From Candidatus Woesearchaeota archaeon (lineage in GTDB: Archaea > Nanobdellota > Nanobdellia > Woesearchaeales > JAGGZC01), in NCBI GenBank assembly GCA_021161785.1, contig JAGGZX010000085.1, forward strand, positions 1 through 49,259: a DNA stretch of 49,259 nt, given 5' to 3'. The translations under genes and the position numbers were made by a program. The notes beneath the pieces are model-generated. The model was not told the DNA's origin. It searched no databases and saw nothing but the letters and a program-made list of their open reading frames with translations. Shown piece after piece: positions 26,403-35,566 of the stretch. How positions within the stretch are numbered: position 1 is the stretch's first letter; the number at the start of each line of letters is the position of its first letter.

Positions 26403-26588
26403 TCAACGCACTTTTAACGCGAAAGCAGCGTTTGTTGTTATGCCAAGCATTTTAGCAATCACTGATTTTGAAGCATTCAACACTATGAGCTTTCCATACC
26501 AAGCGCTTGCAACTGAAGTGCTGCCGCAAACAGGGCATTTATCGCCAGTGTAAAACGCTTTGCAATTCTTGCAAACCTTTTCCTCCAT
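26403..26588 (-). CDS. spt4: transcription elongation factor Spt4 (RNA polymerase subunit E'')
   Basis: CKNCKAFYTGDKCPVCGS zinc ribbon followed by WYGKLIVLN. ATG 26588 has the SD GAGGTG 8 nt upstream. Confidence 0.8.
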   Translation of the reverse strand: MEEKVCKNCKAFYTGDKCPVCGSTSVASAWYGKLIVLNASKSVIAKMLGITTNAAFALKVR

Positions 26589-26643
26589 GAAAAAACACCT
26601 CAACAGTTAAACACTAACAACGCACAACAAACACATAACAATT

Positions 26644-27030
26644 TTAGACTGATACAAGGTCTATTAAATCCCTACTCGTGATAATGCCTACAGGCTTGCC
26701 TTCTTTATCAACAACTAAGATCCTCCTGCATTTATGCCTTTTCATCAACCTGCAAACATCTAACAATGGAGTGTCTTCATCTACTGTGTACACCTTTGGC
26801 GTCATGATGTCTTGGATTTGCAGTTTTTCAGGGTTTAAACCTGGAGCTACAAGTTTTATTAATAAATCCCTCTCAGTCACAATGCCTACTGGCTTGTCTT
26901 TGTCAACCACTATCAAGCAGCCAACATTGTTGTGAGCCATTAACTCAGCAGCTTCTTTAACACTTGTTTCTTTTTTACAACTAAGCACTGGTTTTGACAT
27001 CCAATCCTTGGCAGTGATCAAATGTTTCAC
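26644..27030 (-). CDS. CBS-domain pair protein
   Basis: Two CBS repeats (MSKPVLSCKKETSVKEAAELMAHNNVGCLIVVD...GIVTERDL and IMTPKVYTVDEDTPLLDVCRLMKRHKCRRILVVD...GIITSRDL). 128 aa. Confidence 0.8.
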   Translation of the reverse strand: MKHLITAKDWMSKPVLSCKKETSVKEAAELMAHNNVGCLIVVDKDKPVGIVTERDLLIKLVAPGLNPEKLQIQDIMTPKVYTVDEDTPLLDVCRLMKRHKCRRILVVDKEGKPVGIITSRDLIDLVSV

Positions 27031-27101
27031 CTCGCAATGATTAAAATTTTGAGCATTAAAGCTTTACATTTTAGCTAATTAGCTAGCTACTGTTTATTTA
27101 G

Positions 27102-27683
27102 CTATTTAGCCTTACCTTTTGATTGCTTTGCTTGAGCTTGCTTTGGATTTGCCAAGTCTTCAGCAATCCATTCTTCTTTACCTAAAAATGGCTGCCTCAT
27201 TGTTAAGCCTATCTTAGGATTAGCAGGGTCTTTAAAGCTTACAGCCACAATCCTAGCTTTTACTAGGTCTCCAACTTTCAAACTGCGCTTAGTAGTCCTT
27301 CCTTGTAAAACCTTGTCCTTGCTATAACTCACAAAGTCAGGCATTGTTTGCGATATGTGCGTCATGCCGTCTATAGGTCCTAAGCCTATAAAAGCTCCAA
27401 AGTCTGTAATGTCAGTAACAAATCCTGGGACAACTTCTTGCAATTCTGGCTTGAAAACAAGCATTGAAAACACTGCTTCATGATAAGCAGCGCCGTCGCC
27501 AGGTATTAACACACCTTCACCAACTGATTCAATGTTTAAAGGACTTATCACTATGCCAAGGTTTTTATCAATGAATCCTGAGTACTTCTTCCTAAGCTCT
27601 TCTAAAATACCTTCCTCTAAGGGTTTTCCAAAGTCTTGCGGAGGAACCCTTACATGGTCTTTCACTTTAACCCTGTAAAACAC
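27102..27683 (-). CDS. rpoE: DNA-directed RNA polymerase subunit E' (Rpo7)
   Basis: FYRVKVKDHVRVPPQDFG at the N-terminus, with a C-terminal S1 domain. The start is reassigned to GTG 27683, 5-6 nt after the SD GGAGGTGGG. The ORF-track TTG at 27707 lies upstream of that SD. Confidence 0.85.
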   Translation of the reverse strand: MFYRVKVKDHVRVPPQDFGKPLEEGILEELRKKYSGFIDKNLGIVISPLNIESVGEGVLIPGDGAAYHEAVFSMLVFKPELQEVVPGFVTDITDFGAFIGLGPIDGMTHISQTMPDFVSYSKDKVLQGRTTKRSLKVGDLVKARIVAVSFKDPANPKIGLTMRQPFLGKEEWIAEDLANPKQAQAKQSKGKAK

Positions 27684-27703
27684 AAACCCACCTCCAAAGC
27701 AGT

Positions 27704-28072
27704 TCAAGGTTTTAAAACAACCTTGTTTTTATGTAATTGTAAGGTTTTAACACCGTTTTTTAAAGCTTTCTTAACAAGTTCTTCGTCAAGTGTTGCTAAA
27801 ACGTCAGGCTTTACAGCTATTAATGAATCATCAACAGTTAAGGCTTTGGGTGAAGCAAGTATTTTTAAGTTTTTTTGTTTTATCAAAGTTAAAGCTATGC
27901 GTGCAGCTCTTGATTTTTTAGTATTACCCATAGCTATTTTTGAAAGTTCTTTAACAACTGACTGGGTTGTGCAAAGCTCTGCGTTTGGAAATGCTTGTTT
28001 TAAAATTAGAAAAACATCTACGCGTTGCAATCCTGGAAGTAGTAAAAAACTAGTGTCTAAAACAATGATCAT
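27704..28072 (-). CDS. PIN-domain protein, Fcf1/COG1412-like
   Basis: MIIVLDTSFLL is the PIN N-terminal acidic motif. 122 aa. It sits immediately upstream of rpoE', as in the conserved archaeal arrangement. Confidence 0.7.
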   Translation of the reverse strand: MIIVLDTSFLLLPGLQRVDVFLILKQAFPNAELCTTQSVVKELSKIAMGNTKKSRAARIALTLIKQKNLKILASPKALTVDDSLIAVKPDVLATLDEELVKKALKNGVKTLQLHKNKVVLKP

Positions 28073-28240
28073 GCACCAAGGCTTTAAAAACCATTTAAAA
28101 GCGTTGCGAAAAATTTAAAAATGATTAATGCAAAGGTTTAAAAAGAAGTTTAAAAGTGTTTAAAAAGCTAAAAAAATAAAAAAGCTAACAAAGCAAAAAA
28201 AGCATTGCTTGACGCATTGCTCTATTGGGGGTGATTTAAA

Positions 28241-28843
28241 ATGTGTTTTAACGCGAAAAACATTTCTAAAACGTTAAAAAAGAAAAGCATTGTTTATGGT
28301 TTAATACTGCTCGTGATTAGCTCTGTAATCACAGGGTTTTCAGGTGTTTTGATTGATAAAAAAGTTGGAAGCCCAACAGCTAGCATGATTGCGAAAATGC
28401 CTGTTTGGCAAATGTTTATATCCATTGTATTATATGTCTTCGTGTTCAGCATTATTTACGGCTTGGCATTACATCTAGCTTTTAAAATCTTGAAAAAGAG
28501 TTCTTACACAACCATAATCAACACTGTGGGCTATGCGTTCTTAATGTTTTCTATATGGTTGTTCATAGCTGTGATACTAACACTAATCTACAAGGATCTT
28601 GGAGGAGTTTCTTTAATACTCTTATGGCTAGGGTTTGTACATTGCGCTATGTTAAAAATGAGCTTGTTGAAAGAATTGCTAAACATTGATTTTCCAACAG
28701 TGTTTATAACAGTATTGGTAGTGTTAACACCTTTAATTATTCTATGGGCTTTGCTAAGCATGTATTTGTCAATAGGAACGTTTACAACAGTAACGCTTCA
28801 AGTTAGAAACATTCTTCAAAACAGTTTACCAAGCATTGTCTAA
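28241..28843 (+). CDS. multi-pass membrane protein, function unknown
   Basis: 200 aa with about five hydrophobic segments. SD GGGGGTGAT lies upstream of ATG 28241. No family assigned. Confidence 0.55.
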   Translation: MCFNAKNISKTLKKKSIVYGLILLVISSVITGFSGVLIDKKVGSPTASMIAKMPVWQMFISIVLYVFVFSIIYGLALHLAFKILKKSSYTTIINTVGYAFLMFSIWLFIAVILTLIYKDLGGVSLILLWLGFVHCAMLKMSLLKELLNIDFPTVFITVLVVLTPLIILWALLSMYLSIGTFTTVTLQVRNILQNSLPSIV

Positions 28844-28860
28844 AATTTTTTGGTTATTTT

Positions 28861-30795
28861 TTATTTTTTGCTTGCTTTAAAAAATTCTTTCACATCTTTT
28901 TCAATGTCAAAGCTTATCTTAACCTCCTTAGGGTTTGGGAACAACCTCCTGTAATTATCCCAGGCGTAACGCTCATCTAAGAAAACAATAACACCCTTGT
29001 CATGCTCGCTCCTAATGCAACGGCCAGCGCCTTGCAATGCTTTAATAATAGCTGGGTAGAGATAGCCATACTCTAAGCCTTTACCAAATTTTTTGTTGTA
29101 ATACTCAATCATTGCTTTAACATCAAGGCTTGGAGGTTGTAATGGCAATCCAACAATGATCACTGCATTGATAACGCCTGGCAAGTCTATGCCTTCACTG
29201 TAAGAACCTGCAATAACCCCTAGAAGTAAAGATTTCTTTTTACAACTAGCAAATTTTTGGAGTAAAGATTCTTTTTCAAGCTTGTTTTGCTTTGGAGATT
29301 CTTTAAAAATTTTCACTCTAGCTTTTAACTGTTGCTTTACAATGCGTTCAATAGTGTTGAGTAATTCATAACTCGGTAGCAATGCTAAGGTTTTGTTAGT
29401 GTTAAGCACAACTTTAACGATCTGGCTTGCAATCTTTTCAAATTCTTGAATGTTTCTACGTTTAAACATTGTTGTAGCTGAAACATCAATGAGTAACAAC
29501 CTGTTCTGCTTTGGGAAAGGATTTTCTAAAACTAAGGTTTCAGGGCTTTGCAAGCCGAGCAGTTCTTGATACATGAATAATGGTTGTAAAGTGCCGCTCA
29601 TCAAGATTGCTGCCTTGGCTTGTTCAAACACTGGTTTTGTAGCAATGCTTGGGTCTAAGCATTGAATTTTTAAGTTAAAACTTTTAAAACCTTGCAAGCC
29701 TTGCTTTGTAGGCTTTGCAGAATTGTCAATTGATTGCGATATTATGCGAACAAAGCCTTCGTCAAAATCAGGGGTTTCCAACCATTGCGTTAAAAAGTTG
29801 TGAATGCTTAACAAGAAACTGCGCGCCCTGTCAGGGTTTTGCTTTATAAACAAATCAGCTGCTAGTTCTAAACGCGCTAAGAATTCTTGAATTTCAATAT
29901 CGTAAGATTCAAGTTTTTCTATCAGTTCTTGCTTTTTAACAAAGCCTTGCCTTGTTAAAGAAGTGTTTTCTTGCAACTCAAATTTTTCTTTAGCCAAGTC
30001 TTCCAGCAATGCATGTAGAGAGATTAATTCTTCCTCTAATTGTTTAAAATTTAGTTTTTTAGCCTCTCTTAAAGCAAGCCTAACAGTTTTTGATGATAAC
30101 TGGGTTGAGTAAGCGTTTCTAACCCTTACTGGCAAATTATGCGCTTCGTCAATAACTATAACTGCTTTTTCTAGTTCAAAACCTAGTTTTTTAAAAAACG
30201 CTTCCCTAACAGGGTTGTTGAACAAGTAGTTGTAATCCAAGACTAAAACATTGCTATGCTTCGCATATTTCAAGCCTAGTTCAAAGCCGCAAATGCTTAA
30301 CTCCTTGCTTAGATCTAGCAATGCTTTTGAAGACATCACGTTTTGCAAAGGTTTGAAATCTTTAAGTTTTAAAGCGTTTTCATAAAAAGGGCATAAGTGG
30401 TCTTTAACCAGTGCTTTGCAATAATAGTAAAACTCTGAATTGTTCAAATCTTTCAATTTTTGCAAGCATAAATGCTTTTTACCCATCAAGGATAAAACTC
30501 TTAAAGGTTTAAACCCTTGCTGTTCTAGCTTGTTGTTTAAAAGCTGCACAGTTCTTAAAACAATCTCGTGTTGAGAATGCTTTGGCGTTATAAAGAAAAG
30601 TTTGAAACCTTTGTTGCGTGTTAAAAAATATGCTATGGGTGTTAAAACAGCTGCTGTTTTACCAATGCCTGTAGGCGCGTGCACTAACAATTGCGCTTTA
30701 TCACTTTGTAAAACGTTAAACGTTTTCTCCAAAAGTTTTAATTGTAACTGTCTAGGCTTTTCATGAGGAAAAATCTTTAATAATTCATTATCCAT
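28861..30795 (-). CDS. xpd: XPD/Rad3-family ATP-dependent DNA helicase
   Basis: Walker A HAPTGIGKT, DEAH box VIDEAHNL, four Cys in the FeS-domain region (HLCLQK, YYCKAL, HLCPFY, LSICGF) and motif VI QGAGRCIR. Confidence 0.85.
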   Translation of the reverse strand: MDNELLKIFPHEKPRQLQLKLLEKTFNVLQSDKAQLLVHAPTGIGKTAAVLTPIAYFLTRNKGFKLFFITPKHSQHEIVLRTVQLLNNKLEQQGFKPLRVLSLMGKKHLCLQKLKDLNNSEFYYYCKALVKDHLCPFYENALKLKDFKPLQNVMSSKALLDLSKELSICGFELGLKYAKHSNVLVLDYNYLFNNPVREAFFKKLGFELEKAVIVIDEAHNLPVRVRNAYSTQLSSKTVRLALREAKKLNFKQLEEELISLHALLEDLAKEKFELQENTSLTRQGFVKKQELIEKLESYDIEIQEFLARLELAADLFIKQNPDRARSFLLSIHNFLTQWLETPDFDEGFVRIISQSIDNSAKPTKQGLQGFKSFNLKIQCLDPSIATKPVFEQAKAAILMSGTLQPLFMYQELLGLQSPETLVLENPFPKQNRLLLIDVSATTMFKRRNIQEFEKIASQIVKVVLNTNKTLALLPSYELLNTIERIVKQQLKARVKIFKESPKQNKLEKESLLQKFASCKKKSLLLGVIAGSYSEGIDLPGVINAVIIVGLPLQPPSLDVKAMIEYYNKKFGKGLEYGYLYPAIIKALQGAGRCIRSEHDKGVIVFLDERYAWDNYRRLFPNPKEVKISFDIEKDVKEFFKASKK

Positions 30796-30815
30796 AAAAA
30801 ATTTAACAATGCATT

Positions 30816-30826
30816 GTTTAAAAATG
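30816..30826 (-). promoter_or_regulatory. TATA-box candidate for xpd (leaderless geometry)
   Basis: The minus strand reads CATTTTTAAAC, centred about 26 nt upstream of ATG 30795. Confidence 0.45.
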
Positions 30827-30879
30827 TTTATGTAAAGGCTTGAAATTTTTTCAAAAAAGTTTAAATCAAAAAATTTTAA

Positions 30880-31515
30880 ATGACAAACACACCACTAGGA
30901 AAAATGGTTGGTTTGAAAAAAGAAGGCAAGGCGAAACAAAGCAAAGCAAAACATGGCAAAGCGTTAAGCGTTTTGAAAACATTAACAACAAGCTCTTGGA
31001 CTAGCTTGATATTAAACATTTTACTAGCGTTTATATTCATAAAATTCATTTTTTACCCATTGCTTAATTATTGCTTGCACACAGAAATGCCAGTAGTAGC
31101 TGTCATTAGCAACAGCATGGAACATGATTCAAACCTTGATGATTGGTGGCAAACCCAACACTTGTTTTATGAAAAAAAAGGTATCAGCTTAGAAGATTTC
31201 AAAACCTTTCCTTTCAAAAACGGGTTTAAAAAAGGAGATTTAATGATTATTAAAGGCGTTAATATTAAAACCATTAAAGTTGGAGATGTTATTGTTTTCA
31301 AAGCAAAAAAACAGTACCCTATAATTCACAGAGTGATAGCTGTTCACTATTCTAACAATCAAACAATTTTAGAAACAAAAGGTGACCATAACACTGGCCA
31401 GATTAAAAACTTTCAAGTAGATGAAACAAGTGTTATGCCACAACAAGTTATTGGCAAGGCAGTTCTTAGAATACCATTATTGGGTTGGATTAAGATCTGG
31501 TTTTCAAAGCTTTAA
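30880..31515 (+). CDS. signal peptidase I, archaeal/ER type (S26B)
   Basis: TM anchor, catalytic Ser box VISNSMEH, IHRVI His box and the KGDHN motif. Confidence 0.8.
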   Translation: MTNTPLGKMVGLKKEGKAKQSKAKHGKALSVLKTLTTSSWTSLILNILLAFIFIKFIFYPLLNYCLHTEMPVVAVISNSMEHDSNLDDWWQTQHLFYEKKGISLEDFKTFPFKNGFKKGDLMIIKGVNIKTIKVGDVIVFKAKKQYPIIHRVIAVHYSNNQTILETKGDHNTGQIKNFQVDETSVMPQQVIGKAVLRIPLLGWIKIWFSKL

Positions 31516-31555
31516 AGCGGTTTAAAAAGCGATTTTAAAGGATTTTAAAGCGTTC

Positions 31556-32362
31556 TTAGAGCAATAACAATATTATGAATAACAGCCAAGTCGCAAAGTA
31601 AGGCAGTACAAACCTATTTCTTTTAACAACCCAGGATTTAAAAACTGGTTTTTCAAACTTGAACTTTCCAGGAGGTTTTCTAGAAACAAAAGTTTTGTAA
31701 AACTCTATGGTTATGCGTTCAGCGCCAACGCAAGCAAATATTAAGAAAGAATAATCATTCGTGAAAAATGACAACACTAAACCCCAAAAACCTCCAATGA
31801 TTGGACTTCTCAAGAATTTTAACAAGTCAAAACCTTCAAAAGGAGCGTCTTTCAAAGCACCACCCAAAGCGGAAGCAATAAACCCTGCTAAAACACCGTA
31901 AAAAATGCTTGTCAATGCATGGTTGAAAACGTAAACCTTGATTAGCTTTGGAAGGTAAAACAGTAACGCTGCCAAGGCAATATATCCTAATCCAAGACTA
32001 TATCTCAAAAAATTATTATGAACTATTCTTCCAAAAAGATGAAGTTTGGAAGGTATGCGATAATTTGTTTGATCTTCCTCTCTGAAAAATATTTTAAAAG
32101 TTTCTGTGAACAACCTTTCCAGGGTTACAACAAACAAGAAGAACAAGCCAAGGTTTAAATGTTGCACGTTGTTAAGTTTTAAAAACAAGAATGCGAAAAT
32201 GCCTAGCGTTAAACCTGCAATGATACTTCTGAAAAATTTTTTAGGTTCATAACCTTCAAACACTGTGTCTTTAAAAGCGCCCCAAGAAGCAGAGTGCAAC
32301 CCGCTTGTTAAGCCTACAAAGTAAGCAATTATAAATTCAAACCTGGACAGTGTTGGAAACAT
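31556..32362 (-). CDS. internally duplicated multi-pass membrane protein, function unknown
   Basis: 268 aa in two homologous halves. Each half carries G-x-x-KD-x-x-FEG-[YF]-x-x-x-KF-x-RS-x-I-x-G and a later ER-x-x-x-E-x-x-K-x-F motif. The ATG overlaps the 3' end of rps3ae by 26 nt. Confidence 0.6.
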   Translation of the reverse strand: MFPTLSRFEFIIAYFVGLTSGLHSASWGAFKDTVFEGYEPKKFFRSIIAGLTLGIFAFLFLKLNNVQHLNLGLFFLFVVTLERLFTETFKIFFREEDQTNYRIPSKLHLFGRIVHNNFLRYSLGLGYIALAALLFYLPKLIKVYVFNHALTSIFYGVLAGFIASALGGALKDAPFEGFDLLKFLRSPIIGGFWGLVLSFFTNDYSFLIFACVGAERITIEFYKTFVSRKPPGKFKFEKPVFKSWVVKRNRFVLPYFATWLLFIILLLL

Positions 32363-33152
32363 TTTGATTTTTAACTTGGTCTTGAGCGCTTGTTTCAGTG
32401 CTTGTTTCGCTATGGCTTTGATCTTTGCCTTGAACTTTGCTTTGGCTTTTATCTTGACCTTGTTCTTTGCTTTGCAGTTTTTGAGGCTGTCTCTGCAATT
32501 GATTTCTCATCCTTAACTGTTTTTTATGCTTTAGAAACCGTTCTTGCTGCACAGGCTTTACTAAACGCTTTACAGAAACTTTTTCCCTAGGAATTGTTTC
32601 TAAAACTCTTAACTCTAAATTCGCTATTGGGTGTATCTTGTTCATCTGTTTTTTAAAATCAAGAAGCAACCTTGTCTTGATAACGTCAACAACGAATTCT
32701 TCAAACAACTTGCCAGAAGCAATGCTTGCAATGTGCTGTCTCAAAAATTTTCTTAAAGAAGTGTTTATAGCTTTAGAAGTTTTAGAAGCAGTGATGATTA
32801 AAGGCTTCACAACAGCGTATTGATCTTTAAAAGCAACTATGAAGCTGTCATCAATTTTAGACCTTCTGCGGCGGACTAAGCGTTTGATAAAGGCTTGTTG
32901 TAATTCATAACGCTTTAAATGCGCGACAAGCTTTTCACCGCTAACATTCGTTATTTGAAAAACAAGGTTTGTGTGTTGATGGTTGTAATTGTTTGTTAGC
33001 AGTGACAGGTTTGTAAATAAATGCCTGTTCAACACTGCTTCAGGGCTTGAACCATAAACCTCGCCTAAAAACACGTTGTCAAAATGTTTTGAAGCATAAA
33101 CTCTTAACCAATGCTTTTTAATTTTTTTAACACGCTTTTTCGGCTTTGCCAT
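32337..33152 (-). CDS. rps3ae: 30S ribosomal protein eS1 (S3Ae) with Q/K/S-rich C-terminal tail
   Basis: MAKPKKRVKKIKKHWLRVYASKHF is the S3Ae N-terminus. ATG 33152 is preferred over GTG 33164 because a TATA-like box sits about 27 nt upstream. Confidence 0.85.
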   Translation of the reverse strand: MAKPKKRVKKIKKHWLRVYASKHFDNVFLGEVYGSSPEAVLNRHLFTNLSLLTNNYNHQHTNLVFQITNVSGEKLVAHLKRYELQQAFIKRLVRRRRSKIDDSFIVAFKDQYAVVKPLIITASKTSKAINTSLRKFLRQHIASIASGKLFEEFVVDVIKTRLLLDFKKQMNKIHPIANLELRVLETIPREKVSVKRLVKPVQQERFLKHKKQLRMRNQLQRQPQKLQSKEQGQDKSQSKVQGKDQSHSETSTETSAQDQVKNQNVSNTVQV

Positions 33153-33173
33153 GAGCAATGGCACAAAGAAGGT

Positions 33174-33184
33174 ATTTATAAATT
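33174..33184 (-). promoter_or_regulatory. TATA-box candidate for rps3ae (leaderless geometry)
   Basis: The minus strand reads AATTTATAAAT, centred about 27 nt upstream of ATG 33152. Confidence 0.5.
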
Positions 33185-33193
33185 TTTTTACGT

Positions 33194-34096
33194 TTAAATC
33201 TTTATTGTTTCCAAATCATTAGCTAAGAACGTGTTTTTAAAAACCTGTCTTGCTTCTTGAAGTAGTTGTGTTAAATCTTCATAGCGCTGGCTGAAATGTG
33301 TTAAGTAAAGCTTTTTAACACCTGCTTGCTTCGCAATCATTGCAGCTTGTTTCGCAGTCATGTGCTTGTACTCAACAGCTTTGTCAATGTGTTGCTCTGC
33401 ATACGTTGATTCACAAACCAACACGTCACTATCCTTAGCTAGTTCAACAGCTTTCTCAGTGAAAACAGTGTCTAAGATAAAAGTAACTTTTTTAGGCTTA
33501 GTCCAATATGTTACATCTTCAGGTTTTATTTTTACACCTTTATGAGTAATGCTTAAACCTTTCTGCAGCATTCCAAGCAATGGTGAGGGTTTCAAACCAA
33601 ACTTTTCAGCTCTCGCTAGATCAATCTTTCTGTAAGGTTTTTTAACAATGCTAAAACCAATCACTGGCACTGAGTGTTCCAAGTTCACAGCATAAAAGCT
33701 TAACTGCTTGTTAGAAAAAAACCTGACAGGCTTTTCAGAATTTACTTCCTTAACAAATATTTTCAAATGTTCTAAGCCAAAGCTGAACGCTTTTAACAAG
33801 TGTGAAAAGTGATAATTCGTTGTCTTAGGACCGAATAATCTTAAATATTTCGTTTTGCGAACAGCGTTCAGTGTTTGTAACAATCCTGGAATGCCAGAAG
33901 TGTGATCTGCATGCCAATGCGTTATTAACAAGTAATCAACCCTGTTACGGTTAATGTTTGCGAATTGCATTTGCCGCTGCGTTCCTTCACCGCAATCAAT
34001 GAGAATGCCAACTCCTTGATCATGTAAGAAAAAACTTGTAACATTACGTTGCTTTGTAGGTGTCATGCAGCTTGTGCCTAAAAATGTGAGCTCCAT
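33194..34096 (-). CDS. rnz: ribonuclease Z (tRNA 3' endonuclease)
   Basis: MELTFLGTS...PT..RN, ILIDCGEGTQRQM and ITHWHADHTSGIPGLL (H-x-H-x-D-H). ATG 34096 is chosen because a TATA-like box lies about 28 nt upstream. Confidence 0.9.
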   Translation of the reverse strand: MELTFLGTSCMTPTKQRNVTSFFLHDQGVGILIDCGEGTQRQMQFANINRNRVDYLLITHWHADHTSGIPGLLQTLNAVRKTKYLRLFGPKTTNYHFSHLLKAFSFGLEHLKIFVKEVNSEKPVRFFSNKQLSFYAVNLEHSVPVIGFSIVKKPYRKIDLARAEKFGLKPSPLLGMLQKGLSITHKGVKIKPEDVTYWTKPKKVTFILDTVFTEKAVELAKDSDVLVCESTYAEQHIDKAVEYKHMTAKQAAMIAKQAGVKKLYLTHFSQRYEDLTQLLQEARQVFKNTFLANDLETIKI

Positions 34097-34117
34097 AGAA
34101 AGTATTAACAAGGCAGG

Positions 34118-34130
34118 ATTTTAAAATTTA
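34118..34130 (-). promoter_or_regulatory. TATA-box candidate for rnz (leaderless geometry)
   Basis: The minus strand reads TAAATTTTAAAATC, centred about 28 nt upstream of ATG 34096. Confidence 0.5.
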
Positions 34131-34188
34131 GTGCTTGCAATGAGTTATTTCACTATTTTTAATTTTTATATTATCATTATATTATCAT

Positions 34189-35532
34189 TTATTTCTGTAT
34201 GAACTTCTTAAGCATTGGGTTCATGTCTAGAGCATGTTGTTGAGCTATTTCTTGGTAAAGCCTGTAAACAATCATCACTGCTAATAGTATGCCAGTGCCG
34301 CTAGCTAGTGTTCCTGTCAAGTCAGCGATAGCTGCTAGTAATCCAACAGTTGCTCCGCCAAGAACTGTTAGGTAAGGAATATACCTGTTGAGAAGTGTTT
34401 CTATGACGCGAACATCTCTCCTAAAGCCTGCTATTTGCAAACCGCTAGCAGATATTTGTCTTGCTTGGCTTTTAGCATCCAAGCCAGCTGTTTGAACCCA
34501 GAAAATACTGAAGAGTATTGCGCCGCCAACCATTATCGCTATGTAAACAATTGCATGCAACGCATCCAACCATGACAAGCTGTGATGTATTAACTTGTCA
34601 ACAATGTTCGGGTTTATAAGCCATGAAACATCTCTACCAGTTATCATCCTGCCGAACATTCTAATATTAGCTATTAAAGCTGCAACCAGGATTACTGGAA
34701 TGTTGCTAGTGTACAAAAAGCTTAAAGGCCATCTAACGCCGTAACCGCGAACCATGCCAAAGCTTAAAGGTATTTCAACACGCATGGATTGTAAGTAAAC
34801 AACAACTAGGAATATGAGTACTGTAAACAAGATTTTTGAAAGCTCTGAAAACGCTGCTCCTGGATCGCCTTGGCCAAGGCTTTGAAACATGACCCAGAAA
34901 GCTCCTGAAGCGCCTTGCCCTAGCTGGCCGTAAGATAACGGGTTGAACGCTTTCACAAAAACGCGCTTGGCAACGCCTGCTGCAATGAACAAGCTGATAC
35001 CGCTGCCAAAGCCCCACTTGCTAACAACAGCGTCCATGAGTAGTATTAAAAAACCTCCAATGCATAATTGCAGTATTAACAATAATTGCATTTGAAGATA
35101 CAAGGGAGTGCCTTTCAAGCTAGGATCTGGTGATAAGCCTCCTAGAAAAACATAGATAAAAGCTTCTAAGATAATGAAGAATATTGACAACAATTTTTGA
35201 GTTGCTTCAAATTTTCTCTTGCCTTCATGCGTTGTTAAGTCAAATTTTAAAATTCCAGCACCAGTTAATAATTGTAGTATGATACTAGCAGTTACTATTG
35301 GACCTATACCCAAGCTTATAATGCTGCCAAAGCTTGCGCCTAAGATCAAGCTTATAAACTCAAATTGTTGCAAGCTGTTAGCTCCTAAACCATACAAAGG
35401 TATTAATCCTAAAACATAGAAAGAGATTAAAATTATTAGCGTCCATTTAAGTTTAATATTGAATGATAACCTTCTTTCCTTAGGATTAGCAACGTCTGGA
35501 ATGAGTTGCGCTAGTTTTTCAATGCTAACCAT
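34189..35532 (-). CDS. secY: preprotein translocase subunit SecY
   Basis: 447 aa with about ten TM segments. It sits directly after uL15 at the end of the r-protein cluster. Typical SecY blocks are present (LGIGPIVTASIILQLL, YTSNIPVIL). Confidence 0.95.
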   Translation of the reverse strand: MVSIEKLAQLIPDVANPKERRLSFNIKLKWTLIILISFYVLGLIPLYGLGANSLQQFEFISLILGASFGSIISLGIGPIVTASIILQLLTGAGILKFDLTTHEGKRKFEATQKLLSIFFIILEAFIYVFLGGLSPDPSLKGTPLYLQMQLLLILQLCIGGFLILLMDAVVSKWGFGSGISLFIAAGVAKRVFVKAFNPLSYGQLGQGASGAFWVMFQSLGQGDPGAAFSELSKILFTVLIFLVVVYLQSMRVEIPLSFGMVRGYGVRWPLSFLYTSNIPVILVAALIANIRMFGRMITGRDVSWLINPNIVDKLIHHSLSWLDALHAIVYIAIMVGGAILFSIFWVQTAGLDAKSQARQISASGLQIAGFRRDVRVIETLLNRYIPYLTVLGGATVGLLAAIADLTGTLASGTGILLAVMIVYRLYQEIAQQHALDMNPMLKKFIQK

Positions 35533-35566
35533 TTTTTGAAGATCAAAAAATTTTTTTGCTAGTTAA

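Noticed and set aside
27704-28072. The PIN-domain protein as a VapC-type toxin of a toxin-antitoxin pair.
   Set aside because: No small antitoxin ORF lies upstream. It occupies the conserved position next to rpoE' that is typical of the Fcf1-like (COG1412) rRNA-processing PIN protein.
28073-28240. Five or more closely spaced TTTAAAA(A/G) boxes that look like a short tandem or CRISPR-like array.
   Set aside because: Spacing and flanks are irregular and there are no conserved repeat-spacer units. This is a divergent AT-rich promoter region between the PIN gene and a membrane-protein gene.
34775-35017. An 80-aa Arg-rich ORF on the minus strand within secY.
   Set aside because: It is an alternative frame of the well-supported secY gene with no independent signals.
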